The position numbers and the translations under genes were made by a program. Shown here one piece after another: positions 20,229 to 29,495 of a stretch of 64,000 nucleotides of DNA (positions within the stretch are counted from its first letter, which is position 1; each line of letters opens with the position of its first letter). Location of the stretch: contig JANWJT010000017.1 of NCBI GenBank assembly GCA_025451755.1, forward strand, positions 16,147 to 80,146. The letters run 5' to 3'. Origin of the DNA: Candidatus Microgenomates bacterium (GTDB taxonomy: Bacteria; Patescibacteriota; Microgenomatia; Levybacterales; UBA12049). The notes under the pieces were generated by a model that had not been told where the DNA came from, ran no database searches, and was given only the letters and a program-made list of their open reading frames with translations.

Positions 20229-20882
20229 TTATTGTTGACCAATATCTTCTTTGTGTGGAAATCGGCTAGCTAATGATTGCGGTGCAACTAAAAATTCTGC
20301 TCTTGTTCGATATGCGGGTAATGTGTGCTGTTGAATAACCGGTAGTAGATTAGTTATACGGAGTACCCCTGCCATAGTGGCTGGCAAAGCTTCAAGCCCT
20401 TCTGGTTCAAAAAACACAGAAAATGTCTTATCTCTGTTTGCAAGAGAAATCATATTGTTCCAGTCATCAGGGGTTAGCTCTTCAACACCACCATGACTTG
20501 GTTCTATAGTTAAAGGAAGCGGTGTTCCACGAAGGCTTTCCTCATACAAGTCACAAAACAAATTTGCATCAAAAACTTGCTCTACGAGCGTAGATTCTAT
20601 AGCAATTCCCGAGAGGCCAAAAAGAACCGCTGCATGATTTATTATAAGAGCCATTTTTTTCTTTCGAGGGATTGGCGCAGATGTTTTTCCATCTCGATAA
20701 AATTCAATATGGTCTTCATTTATTTCTCTTCCTATGCTTCTCATTCCATCTGTTCCTTCTGTGATGAATTCTTGAAAAAGCACATGTATTTTTGATTTTC
20801 TTTCTTGCTCAGCTTTTTGCTCCACTAAATGTGCTAACTCAGCACCTGGCGGATAGTTGTCGAAAAAACTTTCGATGCTCAT
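20229..20882 (-). CDS. Hypothetical protein, GC-elevated
   Basis: 217 aa with no recognised motif. Confidence 0.3.
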   Translation of the reverse strand: MSIESFFDNYPPGAELAHLVEQKAEQERKSKIHVLFQEFITEGTDGMRSIGREINEDHIEFYRDGKTSAPIPRKKKMALIINHAAVLFGLSGIAIESTLVEQVFDANLFCDLYEESLRGTPLPLTIEPSHGGVEELTPDDWNNMISLANRDKTFSVFFEPEGLEALPATMAGVLRITNLLPVIQQHTLPAYRTRAEFLVAPQSLASRFPHKEDIGQQ

Positions 20883-20906
20883 TTACGCGGATTATATCAT
20901 AGCAAG

Positions 20907-21680
20907 CTATTTAATTATAAGAAGCCAAAAAAGAATTGCTAAGACTATTCTGTAAATCCCAAAGGGAATAAAAGTGTGTGTTTGAACAAATTTTAAAAAA
21001 AATTTAACTGCAAAGACAGCTGTTATAAATGAACCAAGCAGTCCCACAATAAGTAAATTATATTCGCCTGATGTAAAAGAAAATCCGCTTTTTATAAGAT
21101 CCAAGCCTGTTGCTGCAAGCATTGTTGGAATTGCCAGTAAAAATGAAAATTCAACTGCAGTTTTTCTTTTTAATCCTAAAAATAAACCCCCCATTATTGT
21201 TGCCCCAGCTCTTGAAACGCCCGGGATAACAGATATAGACTGGCAAAGACCAATTAAAAAAGCCTGATTATAGGAAATTTGCTCAACTTTAGATAAATGA
21301 TGATCTTGTTCTTTGTATATTTTCTCCAAAATTATAAGAATAACTCCGCCTAAAAAAAGTGCAAATAAAGTAACGTAGCTATTTCCTAAGAATAAGTCTT
21401 TAATTATTTTGTAAATAGCTAAACCAACTATTCCTGTTGGAATAAATGCAATTATCAATTTTGGCCAAAGCTTAAAGCTTGTCACCACTTTTTTCCAATA
21501 AAGAAAAACTACTGCCAGAATTGCGCCAAGCTGAATTATTATTTCAAAACTTTTAATAAATTCAGTTTGAGGGATTCGTAAAATATCAGTTGTTAAAATT
21601 AAATGTCCAGTTGATGAAATGGGAAGAAATTCTGTAAGACCCTCAACTATAGAAAGAATAACTGTTTGAGCAAAGTCCAC
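20907..21680 (-). CDS. uppP: Undecaprenyl-diphosphatase
   Basis: BacA/UppP N-terminus VEGLTEFLPISSTGHLIL and an eight-TM profile. Confidence 0.85.
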   Translation of the reverse strand: MDFAQTVILSIVEGLTEFLPISSTGHLILTTDILRIPQTEFIKSFEIIIQLGAILAVVFLYWKKVVTSFKLWPKLIIAFIPTGIVGLAIYKIIKDLFLGNSYVTLFALFLGGVILIILEKIYKEQDHHLSKVEQISYNQAFLIGLCQSISVIPGVSRAGATIMGGLFLGLKRKTAVEFSFLLAIPTMLAATGLDLIKSGFSFTSGEYNLLIVGLLGSFITAVFAVKFFLKFVQTHTFIPFGIYRIVLAILFWLLIIK

Positions 21681-21768
21681 ATTGTTATTATAAACTCAGG
21701 TCGATCTTGGCGCAATTATTGAATGTCATAAGTAATAAATTTAACATGTTGTAAATTCTCAAAGAACT

Positions 21769-21777
21769 TGATATAAA
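21769..21777 (+). promoter_or_regulatory. Extended -10 element TGATATAAA, 6 nt before ATG 21784
   Basis: Leaderless pattern. Confidence 0.4.
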
Positions 21778-21783
21778 TTAGTT

Positions 21784-22167
21784 ATGGCGCATGACGAGCA
21801 TCACGAACATTTAGTAAAAGAATTAGCCGATCAATTAGAACCAGTCTTTTCTAAATCTCCACAGGCAATATATCTTTATCTTGATGATGCTCACAAGATT
21901 TGTAATCAAGCGTTTGCAGATATGCTCGGGTACTCTTCTATAGAAGAATGGGTTGCTAATGAAGCTCCAGTAGGAGATGTAGCCGAAGTCGATCAGCCAA
22001 AGGTAATTGAAGCTTACGGAGAAGCTTCTGATAACTTTAAAGCTTCTGTGGTTACTGCAACTATTGTAAAAAAAGATGGAACGCAAATAAAAACAAAAGT
22101 AATAATGACGCCAATCACATATAAAGGGGAAACTTTTGTTCTCCACTTCATCTCAGAAGAAAAATAA
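21784..22167 (+). CDS. Hypothetical protein, possibly a PAS-like fold
   Basis: 127 aa, His-rich N-terminus MAHDEHHEH. Weak PAS-like pattern. Confidence 0.3.
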   Translation: MAHDEHHEHLVKELADQLEPVFSKSPQAIYLYLDDAHKICNQAFADMLGYSSIEEWVANEAPVGDVAEVDQPKVIEAYGEASDNFKASVVTATIVKKDGTQIKTKVIMTPITYKGETFVLHFISEEK

Positions 22168-22220
22168 CAGGCTCCAAATTCATCCAACTCTCATTTATAT
22201 AGTTCAATAGATTTGGTGCT

Positions 22221-22249
22221 TGACAAGTACTACAACTAGGTGTAATATA
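22221..22249 (+). promoter_or_regulatory. Sigma-70-type promoter with -35 TTGACA, a 17-nt spacer, and -10 TAATAT
   Basis: Near-consensus hexamers 7 nt upstream of the small ORF at 22256. Confidence 0.5.
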
Positions 22250-22255
22250 TGAAGT

Positions 22256-22423
22256 ATGACAACTAATAAAACGCAACGCGTAACACTTTTTCTAAATTCT
22301 GCTTTATTAAAACATGCTAAAGCTCAAGCCGTAATTGAGGAAATGAGCTTAACTGCTTTAATGGAGACAGCTCTAGTTAAATATTTGCCCAAAGAAACAA
22401 TAATTAAGAAAATTCAAATTTAA
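22256..22423 (+). CDS. Small protein (55 aa), possibly a ribbon-helix-helix fold
   Basis: MTTNKTQRVTLFLNSALLKHAKAQAVIEEMSLTALMETALVKYL is a beta-strand then two helices, like the CopG/Arc family. The next gene's ATG follows its stop after 1 nt. Confidence 0.35.
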   Translation: MTTNKTQRVTLFLNSALLKHAKAQAVIEEMSLTALMETALVKYLPKETIIKKIQI

Positions 22424-22424
22424 T

Positions 22425-22874
22425 ATGAATGAAGCAGACGTTACTCAAGAAGTAACAACAATTGAAAATCAAGCTCCTCAGCAGGTTATTAGAAAAACCA
22501 CAATACAGGCTGAGCCTCAGGCAAAAGGAGAAGGTTCTCAGAAAGTTTTTGACAAAAAGAAAACAATCTTTAGGTTTAATCAAATTATTTGGTATATCTT
22601 AGGGTTGATTGAAGTGCTACTAGTATTTAGGATTATTCTTAAGGCATTAGGCGCAAATCCATTTGCCGGATTTACCAATTTAATTTACTCTATAACGACC
22701 CCATTATCAGCTCCTTTTAATGGCATTTTAGGATCACCAAATATTACAGGCACTTCAATAATTGAGTGGCCAGCAATAATTGCTGCAATAGTATATCTCT
22801 GTGTAGCTTGGGGACTGGTCTATCTTTTGGAACTTATCTACCCAATTACACCAAAGGATGTTGAGACACAATAG
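22425..22874 (+). CDS. YggT-family membrane protein
   Basis: FRFNQIIWYILGLIEVLLVFRIILKALGANPFAGF...PLSAPFNGIL matches the YggT/Ycf19 repeat signature. Confidence 0.55.
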   Translation: MNEADVTQEVTTIENQAPQQVIRKTTIQAEPQAKGEGSQKVFDKKKTIFRFNQIIWYILGLIEVLLVFRIILKALGANPFAGFTNLIYSITTPLSAPFNGILGSPNITGTSIIEWPAIIAAIVYLCVAWGLVYLLELIYPITPKDVETQ

Positions 22875-22877
22875 ATT

Positions 22878-23186
22878 ATGTTAATAGCTATCGTAGTTAT
22901 TCTTATAATTCTCTGGTTCCTTGGATATGCTCCAATATCGGAGATTTCTATCCCGAATTTCGTTCTTGTTACGATAAATAATCACCCGGTTACCTTGTGG
23001 GAAATTTTAATTCTGGCGGTAATTGGTTGGGCAATAGGTATTTTGCCCCGTCCATTTCAAATAGTTGCATCGGTGCTACTCATAATATGGATCCTTTCCA
23101 TTTTAGGCATTCTTCCAGTCGTAGGGCTTTCGGGTATCATCGTTCTCGCAATTATCGCGGCACTTATCGTATCTATTTTTCTATGA
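22878..23186 (+). CDS. Small membrane protein with an internal duplication, lmo0937/DUF5670-like
   Basis: Two repeats of the form hydrophobic-LWFLGY..., 102 aa. Confidence 0.4.
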   Translation: MLIAIVVILIILWFLGYAPISEISIPNFVLVTINNHPVTLWEILILAVIGWAIGILPRPFQIVASVLLIIWILSILGILPVVGLSGIIVLAIIAALIVSIFL

Positions 23187-23467
23187 AAAATATTCCTCAG
23201 AAAAAACAAAAAAATAACAAAAACACAATTGGTTCTGTTGTTGCCGGAGTAGCAGGAGCGGTTGCAGTAGCAGGCGTAGCAGTCGCAACAATGGCGCTAA
23301 AAGATGAAAAAACCAGAAAAAAAGTAAAGAAAGTGCTGGGAGATGTAAGAGATCAAGTAATAGATTATGCTGAAGCATTAAAAGTAGAGCCAAATAGCGA
23401 GGAAGAAGCTCGTACGATCAAAAAGACCAAGGCAGACACAAAGAAAGATAAAATAAAAAACAAATAA
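23183..23467 (+). CDS. Hypothetical small protein with a Gly/Ala/Val zipper helix and a Lys-rich tail
   Basis: MKNIPQKKQKNNKNTIGSVVAGVAGAVAVAGVAVATMALKDEK.... Trimmed from the longer overlapping track ORF 22997..23467. Confidence 0.35.
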   Translation: MKNIPQKKQKNNKNTIGSVVAGVAGAVAVAGVAVATMALKDEKTRKKVKKVLGDVRDQVIDYAEALKVEPNSEEEARTIKKTKADTKKDKIKNK

Positions 23468-23674
23468 CAGAGATAATAACCTATAGTCTGTTGACATTAA
23501 TCTCTGGCTATGGTATAGTATAACTTAAGATATAAAAGAATATATCTGCTTAACTTTGACAAAGTTTGAATAATTTAAGATAAAGGTACCCCGACTTCAT
23601 TTTTTTGTATCTTGTCTCCATATTCACACATCTAGTTATTATTTAGGCAGGTATATTCTTTTATTAAATAAATT

Positions 23675-24823
23675 ATGTATAAAAAACAATTTAGACAGAA
23701 TTGGCAAAAAAGATTTAATAAGCCTAAAAAACTTAATCCCTCTTTTTATATTAAAAAAGCAGACGAGGCAGAAGAAAAAATTTTCATTCCAAAACACAAT
23801 TTTTCGGATTTTCTTATAAATGATCAATTAAAGAAAAATATTCTTGAAAAAGGATATGCTTCTCCAACTCCCATACAGGATGAAGCGATAGAACATATTC
23901 TTTTGGGAAAAGATATTATTGGACTTGCAAATACAGGAACTGGTAAAACAGCTGCGTTTCTAATTCCACTAATAAACAAAGTCTTATATAATCGTTCACA
24001 AAAAATACTTGTTATCGCTCCCACAAGAGAACTGGCCGTACAAATTCAGGAAGAATTTATTGCTTTTACTAAAAATATGAATGTTTATTCTGTGTTATGT
24101 ATTGGCGGAGTAAATATATATAGGCAAATTCATAATTTAAGACGGGACCACGATATTGTTATTGCAACACCAGGGCGAATAAAAGATCTTGAACAGCAGG
24201 GAAAACTAAAATTGTTTAAGTACAATAATATAGTACTTGATGAAGTAGATCGAATGATGGATATGGGTTTTATAAATGATATTAAATTTATAATTTCCCG
24301 CTTGCCACAAAATCGCCAATCGTTATTTTTCTCAGCAACTCTTCCGCAAGAGATAAGTGGACTTGCACATTCATTTTTAAAAAATCCTGTTACCATTTCG
24401 GTAAAATTACAGGAAATACCGCTTAAAGTTGATCAAGACGTCGTGAGAGTAAATGGAAGAGTTAAGGCCGATATTCTTCTTGACCTATTATCAACAAAAG
24501 GATTCGATAAAGTTCTTGTTTTTGGCCGCACAAAATGGGCCATGAACAAACTTTTTGTATTCTTAGACCGGCGCGGTTTTAAAGTTGCTGCAATTCACGG
24601 AAATAAAAATCAGGCGCAAAGACAGCGAGCACTTAATCAATTTAAAAATGGACTAGTTAATATTCTTATTGCAACAGATGTTGCTTCGAGGGGACTTGAT
24701 ATAGACGATGTAACTCACGTAATAAATTATGATGAGCCTGCATCTTATGATGATTATATTCACCGAATAGGAAGAACTGGAAGAGCAAATAAAACAGGTA
24801 CTGCATTAACTTTTATAGACTAA
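23675..24823 (+). CDS. DEAD-box ATP-dependent RNA helicase
   Basis: Q-motif PTPIQ, Walker A ANTGTGKT, DEVD box (DEAD variant), SAT, HRIGRTGR. Confidence 0.9.
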   Translation: MYKKQFRQNWQKRFNKPKKLNPSFYIKKADEAEEKIFIPKHNFSDFLINDQLKKNILEKGYASPTPIQDEAIEHILLGKDIIGLANTGTGKTAAFLIPLINKVLYNRSQKILVIAPTRELAVQIQEEFIAFTKNMNVYSVLCIGGVNIYRQIHNLRRDHDIVIATPGRIKDLEQQGKLKLFKYNNIVLDEVDRMMDMGFINDIKFIISRLPQNRQSLFFSATLPQEISGLAHSFLKNPVTISVKLQEIPLKVDQDVVRVNGRVKADILLDLLSTKGFDKVLVFGRTKWAMNKLFVFLDRRGFKVAAIHGNKNQAQRQRALNQFKNGLVNILIATDVASRGLDIDDVTHVINYDEPASYDDYIHRIGRTGRANKTGTALTFID

Positions 24824-24836
24824 TAAAATTTTTAAT

Positions 24837-26672
24837 ATGAAAGATATAAGAAACATAGCAATAATCGCACACGTTGATCATGGAAAAACAACCTTAGTCG
24901 ATGCGCTTTTAAAGCAATCCGAAACAAAACTTTCAAAAAATTCTTCGGACTCGCTAATTATGGATAGTAATGAACTCGAACAAGAAAGAGGTATTACTAT
25001 TTTTTCAAAAAACGCTTCAATTCTGTGGCACGATCCTTCAGTAGGTTCAGGACAGACTACAAAAATAAATATTATTGATACTCCAGGACACGCAGATTTT
25101 GGAGGAGAAGTAGAGCGGGTTTTAACAATGGCTGACGGATGTCTTTTATTAATAGATGCAAAAGAAGGTCCAATGCCACAGACAAGATTTGTTTTAAAAA
25201 AAGCACTCGAGAAAAAACATAAAATTATTGTTGTAGTAAATAAAATTGACCGTCCGGATGCAAGAATCGAATACGTCTTAGATAAAACTCTTGATTTATT
25301 TATAGAGCTTGGAGCAGACGAAGATATTGCTGATTTCCCAATAGTTTATGCTTCTGCGAAAAATGGAAAGGCAGGATTTTCAAAAGATTTAAGCGAAATG
25401 GAAGACATATCTGCAGTCTTTGAGGCAATTTTAAAATATGTGCCAAAACCAACAGGTAATATTGAAGAGCCTCTTCAGATGCTTGTTTCGACAATTACAA
25501 GCGATCTCCATAAGGGAAGAATTGCAATCGGCAGAATTTTTAACGGGAAAATTAACGTAGGGCAAGACGTAACGCACATAAATAGAAACGGAGAAAATAA
25601 AAAATACCGCCTTACATCTCTTATGACATTTTTGGGACTTGATCGAGTTGATACGCAAGAGGCAGAAGTTGGAGATATTGTGGCAATTTCGGGAATCCCA
25701 GATATAAATATTGGAGAAACTATCGCAGATGTAGAAAATCCAAAAGCACTTCCTCTTTTAAACATTGAAGAGCCTACAATAAAAATGACATTTATGGTAA
25801 ATAATTCTCCATTTGCCGGAAAAGAGGGGGAATTTAAAACTTCAAGACAAATTCAGGAAAGACTTATGAAAGAACTAGAAACAGATATGGCATTAAAAAT
25901 CATAGAACTTCCAACTGGAGGATGGGAAGTTTCGGGTCGGGGAGAACTTCATTTGGCAATTCTTATAGAAAGATTAAGACGTGAAGGATATGAATTCCAG
26001 GTTGCCAGACCGCAAGTAATCGAAAAAGAAACAAATGAAGGAATTCTTACCCCATACGAAGAATTATTTATTGAAGTTCCCGAAGGATATAACGGAATTG
26101 TTATGCAAAAACTTGGCAACAGACGTGGAGAGCTCAAAGACATGAAGCTTGAAAACGGAATTGCCTATATGGAATTTATTATTACAACGCGCGGACTCTT
26201 TGGTTACCGAAGTGAATTTGTTACCGATACAAGAGGACTTGGAATTCTAAATTCTTCGTTTGATCATTATGGAAAAAACAATGGTTACGAGCATGAAAGA
26301 GAACAGGGGTCTCTGGTTGCAAACGAGGACGGAAAGACAACTTTGTATGGGCTGACCAACGTACAAGACAGAGGAGCTTTGTTTATTGGGCCGGCTATTT
26401 CTGTTTATAAAGGTCAGGTTGTAGGACAAAATGCCAGAAACGAAGACATAAGAGTAAATCCCTGCAAAATAAAACAGCAAACGAATATGCGTTCAAAAGG
26501 AGAAGGAGTTTCTGTTCATTTTAACGCTCCTCGTGTTATGGAACTTGAAGATGCTCTTGAATATATTTCGGACGACGAGTTGGTAGAAGTTACTCCAAAA
26601 AATATTAGAATAAGAAAGAAAATATTAGACGAAGCCGAAGAAAAAAGAAGAAGATCTCAGGGAATTAAGTAG
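24837..26672 (+). CDS. typA: Translational GTPase TypA/BipA
   Basis: N-terminus IRNIAIIAHVDHGKTTLVDALL, 611 aa, BipA-type domain layout. Confidence 0.9.
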   Translation: MKDIRNIAIIAHVDHGKTTLVDALLKQSETKLSKNSSDSLIMDSNELEQERGITIFSKNASILWHDPSVGSGQTTKINIIDTPGHADFGGEVERVLTMADGCLLLIDAKEGPMPQTRFVLKKALEKKHKIIVVVNKIDRPDARIEYVLDKTLDLFIELGADEDIADFPIVYASAKNGKAGFSKDLSEMEDISAVFEAILKYVPKPTGNIEEPLQMLVSTITSDLHKGRIAIGRIFNGKINVGQDVTHINRNGENKKYRLTSLMTFLGLDRVDTQEAEVGDIVAISGIPDINIGETIADVENPKALPLLNIEEPTIKMTFMVNNSPFAGKEGEFKTSRQIQERLMKELETDMALKIIELPTGGWEVSGRGELHLAILIERLRREGYEFQVARPQVIEKETNEGILTPYEELFIEVPEGYNGIVMQKLGNRRGELKDMKLENGIAYMEFIITTRGLFGYRSEFVTDTRGLGILNSSFDHYGKNNGYEHEREQGSLVANEDGKTTLYGLTNVQDRGALFIGPAISVYKGQVVGQNARNEDIRVNPCKIKQQTNMRSKGEGVSVHFNAPRVMELEDALEYISDDELVEVTPKNIRIRKKILDEAEEKRRRSQGIK

Positions 26673-26675
26673 ATT

Positions 26676-27128
26676 CTAATTAACTAATTTCGAAGTTTTT
26701 TTAGACACTCTTTTCTTTTTGATAATAGGAACTTCTGCTTCTGGCATTTGAATAGGTTCGCTTACTTTCACTTTCTTAACTTCCTCTTTTGTATTTAGTA
26801 AGTTGAGTATTTTATCAAGCTTTGCGTTTAATGCTTCAAATTGCTGTTTATATTGAGGTTGTTCTGTCGGTCTATTATTTGTTCGATCATTACCACGATT
26901 TTCAAAATTAGAACGCCTCGGGAAATTATTATCAGATCTTGGTGAATCTGAAGATCTGTTTTTCTGGAAACATTCCCTGCAAAAAACAGGCTTACTTCCA
27001 TTTGGTTTAAAAGGCACTTCGCATTCTTTACCACAATTACTGCAAATTGTTTTATGCATCATTTGTGGCCTATTAAAATCTCTTCCTCCTCCGCCACCGG
27101 ATCTTCGGTCTCTATTAAAATTTCCCAC
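26676..27128 (-). CDS. CxxC-x17-CxxC zinc-ribbon protein with a Gly/Arg-rich N-terminus and a low-complexity tail
   Basis: RSGGGGGRDFNR then CSNCGKECEVPFKPNGSKPVFCRECF. An RGG-like segment together with a zinc ribbon suggests nucleic-acid binding. Confidence 0.45.
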   Translation of the reverse strand: MGNFNRDRRSGGGGGRDFNRPQMMHKTICSNCGKECEVPFKPNGSKPVFCRECFQKNRSSDSPRSDNNFPRRSNFENRGNDRTNNRPTEQPQYKQQFEALNAKLDKILNLLNTKEEVKKVKVSEPIQMPEAEVPIIKKKRVSKKTSKLVN

Positions 27129-27205
27129 AAGCCATTATACCATGATCTGTTGCATAAATCATTACTTGTTGTTATATTAATTATTAATTGTTATATTAAT
27201 TATTA

Positions 27206-27598
27206 ATGAAAATGAATCCTGTTGTACATTTTGAAATGCCTACGAAAAATAAGAAGAGAGTTAAGAAATTTTACGAGGTGGCATTCGGTTGGGAAATGGA
27301 TCAACTTGGGAAAGAAATGGGTCATTACCTTCTGGCTACAACAACTCCTCTGGACAAAAACAGAATGCATAAGGAAAAAGGCGCGATAAACGGAGGGTTT
27401 TTTCAATATGGTCCGGAAGGTAAAATCCCGCATCTTGTAATTTCTGTTGACGATCTTAAGAAGCATATAAAGATAGTGAAAAAAGTAGGAGGTAAGATTA
27501 TAGGAAAACCCATGGATATTCCGGGGATTGGAAAATTTGTGATGTTCTCAGATACCGAAGGGAACCAAGTAGGTATGCTCCAGCCCGTCAAGATGTAA
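27206..27598 (+). CDS. VOC (glyoxalase/bleomycin-resistance fold) family protein
   Basis: 130 aa. KKFYEVAFGWE then GKFVMFSDTEGNQVGM is the typical VOC beta-alpha-beta-beta-beta layout. Confidence 0.6.
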   Translation: MKMNPVVHFEMPTKNKKRVKKFYEVAFGWEMDQLGKEMGHYLLATTTPLDKNRMHKEKGAINGGFFQYGPEGKIPHLVISVDDLKKHIKIVKKVGGKIIGKPMDIPGIGKFVMFSDTEGNQVGMLQPVKM

Positions 27599-27607
27599 TT
27601 TCCTCTT

Positions 27608-27961
27608 TTATTTTCCTATTTTCCCCAGATGTGTATCTTTAAATCCCGTATTCTCTTTTAGGCCAAATCCTAAAAGCCTATCCATTCCTACGTGAGCAAG
27701 GAGTATAGATCCAAACGAAACAATCAGCGCCTCATTTATAAGAACTCCAAAACCCATTATAAATATTGCCGGAGAGTAATTATGAACTAGATTGTACAAA
27801 GCCGCACCGGTTTTATGATTTTTCAAATATCCTATGATTGATAAATCAGGGACAAAAAACAAAATAATAAAAATAATCCAGTTATCAGAATTAATACTAT
27901 AAATATATATTGCTAAAAGAAGGATAGCTAGATTTTCCAGCCGAAGAATATTCTTTATCAT
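27608..27961 (-). CDS. DUF4260-like membrane protein
   Basis: 117 aa. HVGMDRLLGFGLK matches the DUF4260 HxxxDRxxGYGLK signature. Confidence 0.4.
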   Translation of the reverse strand: MIKNILRLENLAILLLAIYIYSINSDNWIIFIILFFVPDLSIIGYLKNHKTGAALYNLVHNYSPAIFIMGFGVLINEALIVSFGSILLAHVGMDRLLGFGLKENTGFKDTHLGKIGK

Positions 27962-27980
27962 AACCTGAGTATATCAGGTT

Positions 27981-27989
27981 TGATATAAT
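27981..27989 (+). promoter_or_regulatory. Extended -10 element TGATATAAT, 6 nt before ATG 27996
   Basis: Sits inside a 20-nt module TTTGATATAATTGCCTCATG that recurs at 29429-29448. Confidence 0.5.
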
Positions 27990-27995
27990 TGCCTC

Positions 27996-28724
27996 ATGTA
28001 CGGGATTGCTAAATTTTTAGATCCCAATCATCCCGAAGCACATACAGTTAATACTAATGCAAAGCTTAACTGGCTTCGTGCTTCTGTTCTTGGAGCAAAC
28101 GACGGAATCGTTTCGATTGCAGGACTTGTCTTGGGAGTTGCAGGAGCAACAAATCATATTGGTATTATTTTTACAGCAGGAGTTGCCGGAATATTAGCAG
28201 GTGCAATATCAATGGCTGCAGGAGAATATGTGTCTGTTAGTAGTTCTCGCGATACCGAAAAAGCACTTCTTCAGAAAGAGCGCGACGAATTGCGTGATTA
28301 TCCCGAGGCAGAATTACAAGAATTAATATCTCTTCATGAAAGAAAAGGATTATCTAAAAAAACCGCAACAATAGTGGCGAAAGAATTAACTGCAAAAGAT
28401 GCTTTTGCAGCACATGTTGACATAGAACTTAGTATTGACCCAGAAAATCTGACAAGTCCCTGGCATGCTGCAATTGCATCGGCTTTATCATTTACCATAG
28501 GTGCAACAATACCAATTCTTGCAATTATTGTTCCTCCAGAGCAAATTCGCATACCAATCGCTTTTATTTCGGTAATTATTGCACTTGCAATTACGGGAAC
28601 CTTAAGCGCGATGGTTGGAGGCGCAAGTATTCCGCGAGCAGTAACTAGAGTTGTGCTTGGCGGTGTGCTTGCTATGATTGTTACTTACAGCATTGGAAAA
28701 CTCTTTAGCATCTCAGGAATTTAA
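27996..28724 (+). CDS. VIT1/CCC1-family iron/manganese transporter
   Basis: NWLRASVLGANDGIVSIAGLVLGVAGA is the VIT family signature. Five TM helices. Confidence 0.8.
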   Translation: MYGIAKFLDPNHPEAHTVNTNAKLNWLRASVLGANDGIVSIAGLVLGVAGATNHIGIIFTAGVAGILAGAISMAAGEYVSVSSSRDTEKALLQKERDELRDYPEAELQELISLHERKGLSKKTATIVAKELTAKDAFAAHVDIELSIDPENLTSPWHAAIASALSFTIGATIPILAIIVPPEQIRIPIAFISVIIALAITGTLSAMVGGASIPRAVTRVVLGGVLAMIVTYSIGKLFSISGI

Positions 28725-28731
28725 TTTCTTC

Positions 28732-28740
28732 TGATATAAT
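28732..28740 (+). promoter_or_regulatory. Extended -10 element TGATATAAT, 6 nt before ATG 28747
   Basis: Leaderless pattern. Confidence 0.45.
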
Positions 28741-28746
28741 AACTTC

Positions 28747-29013
28747 ATGAGAAGATTTGTTGCCGCTGGAATTTTAATTGGAATAATCCTGGGGATTTTT
28801 ATTACACTTTTATTGCCAAATTTTTTAACAATTGGCATGGAGCTTAATAAGCTTTCTAATCAAGCTAACAATTATCCATCTTATTTTTACTCTCCTAAAT
28901 CAGGAGGTATCTTTAATAATGATATTATTTTTGTCTCTCTAGCTCTTGGACTAGTTGGAGCCATAACTGGAATGATTCTTTTTAAGATTAAAAGATTATT
29001 CTCCAAGAAATAA
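28747..29013 (+). CDS. Hypothetical two-TM membrane protein
   Basis: 88 aa. Confidence 0.3.
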   Translation: MRRFVAAGILIGIILGIFITLLLPNFLTIGMELNKLSNQANNYPSYFYSPKSGGIFNNDIIFVSLALGLVGAITGMILFKIKRLFSKK

Positions 29014-29026
29014 TAATTAATTCTTC

Positions 29027-29035
29027 TGCTATAAT
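29027..29035 (+). promoter_or_regulatory. Extended -10 element TGCTATAAT, 6 nt before ATG 29042
   Basis: Leaderless pattern. Confidence 0.45.
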
Positions 29036-29041
29036 TTCCTT

Positions 29042-29425
29042 ATGAATGAGATTAGCGAAGTGCCTGGTAAAATTCCTCCAAAGAAAATTTCATTTAATGA
29101 AACAGAGCGTTTTGATAGAGAGGGTTTTTCAGGAAATCATTATGTTAAACCAGAAGATGGTCTTGGATACAGTGCGCTTGCAGTAGATGTTCATGGCGCT
29201 CATCCTCTAAAACAAATGGTTGGAGCAACAAGGACTTATTACGTAAGAGAAGGCACTGGAACGTTTACTCTTGATGGTGTTGTTCAAGATGTAAGAGAGG
29301 GAGATCTTATGGTCATTCCAGATGGAGGGAGATATGAATATCAAGGCAATATGAAATTATTCGAATTTAATGTTCCAGGAACTACTTCTGCAAACGCAAT
29401 TACCCCAGAACAACCTCAAGAATAG
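29042..29425 (+). CDS. Cupin-domain protein
   Basis: GAHPLKQMVGATRTYYVREGTG...GDLMVIPDGGRYEYQG is a two-motif cupin barrel. Confidence 0.5.
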   Translation: MNEISEVPGKIPPKKISFNETERFDREGFSGNHYVKPEDGLGYSALAVDVHGAHPLKQMVGATRTYYVREGTGTFTLDGVVQDVREGDLMVIPDGGRYEYQGNMKLFEFNVPGTTSANAITPEQPQE

Positions 29426-29429
29426 TTTT

Positions 29430-29438
29430 TGATATAAT
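29430..29438 (+). promoter_or_regulatory. Second copy of TGATATAAT inside the duplicated 20-mer. It is followed by a 15-codon ORF (MNCDLEKRIKEIAEN), then the gene at 29496.
   Basis: Same 20-mer as at 27979-27998. Confidence 0.4.
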
Positions 29439-29495
29439 TGCCTCATGAACTGTGATTTAGAAAAAAGAATCAAGGAAATTGCGGAGAATTAACTT

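Noticed and set aside
22997-23182. Long N-terminal extension of ORF 22997..23467
   Set aside because: It overlaps the lmo0937-like gene in another frame. The Gly-zipper protein plausibly starts at the ATG at 23183.
23468-23674. Inverted repeat CAGAGAT...ATCTCTG (about 23470-23508) as a terminator
   Set aside because: The loop is about 21 nt and there is no downstream T-tract. Too weak to call.
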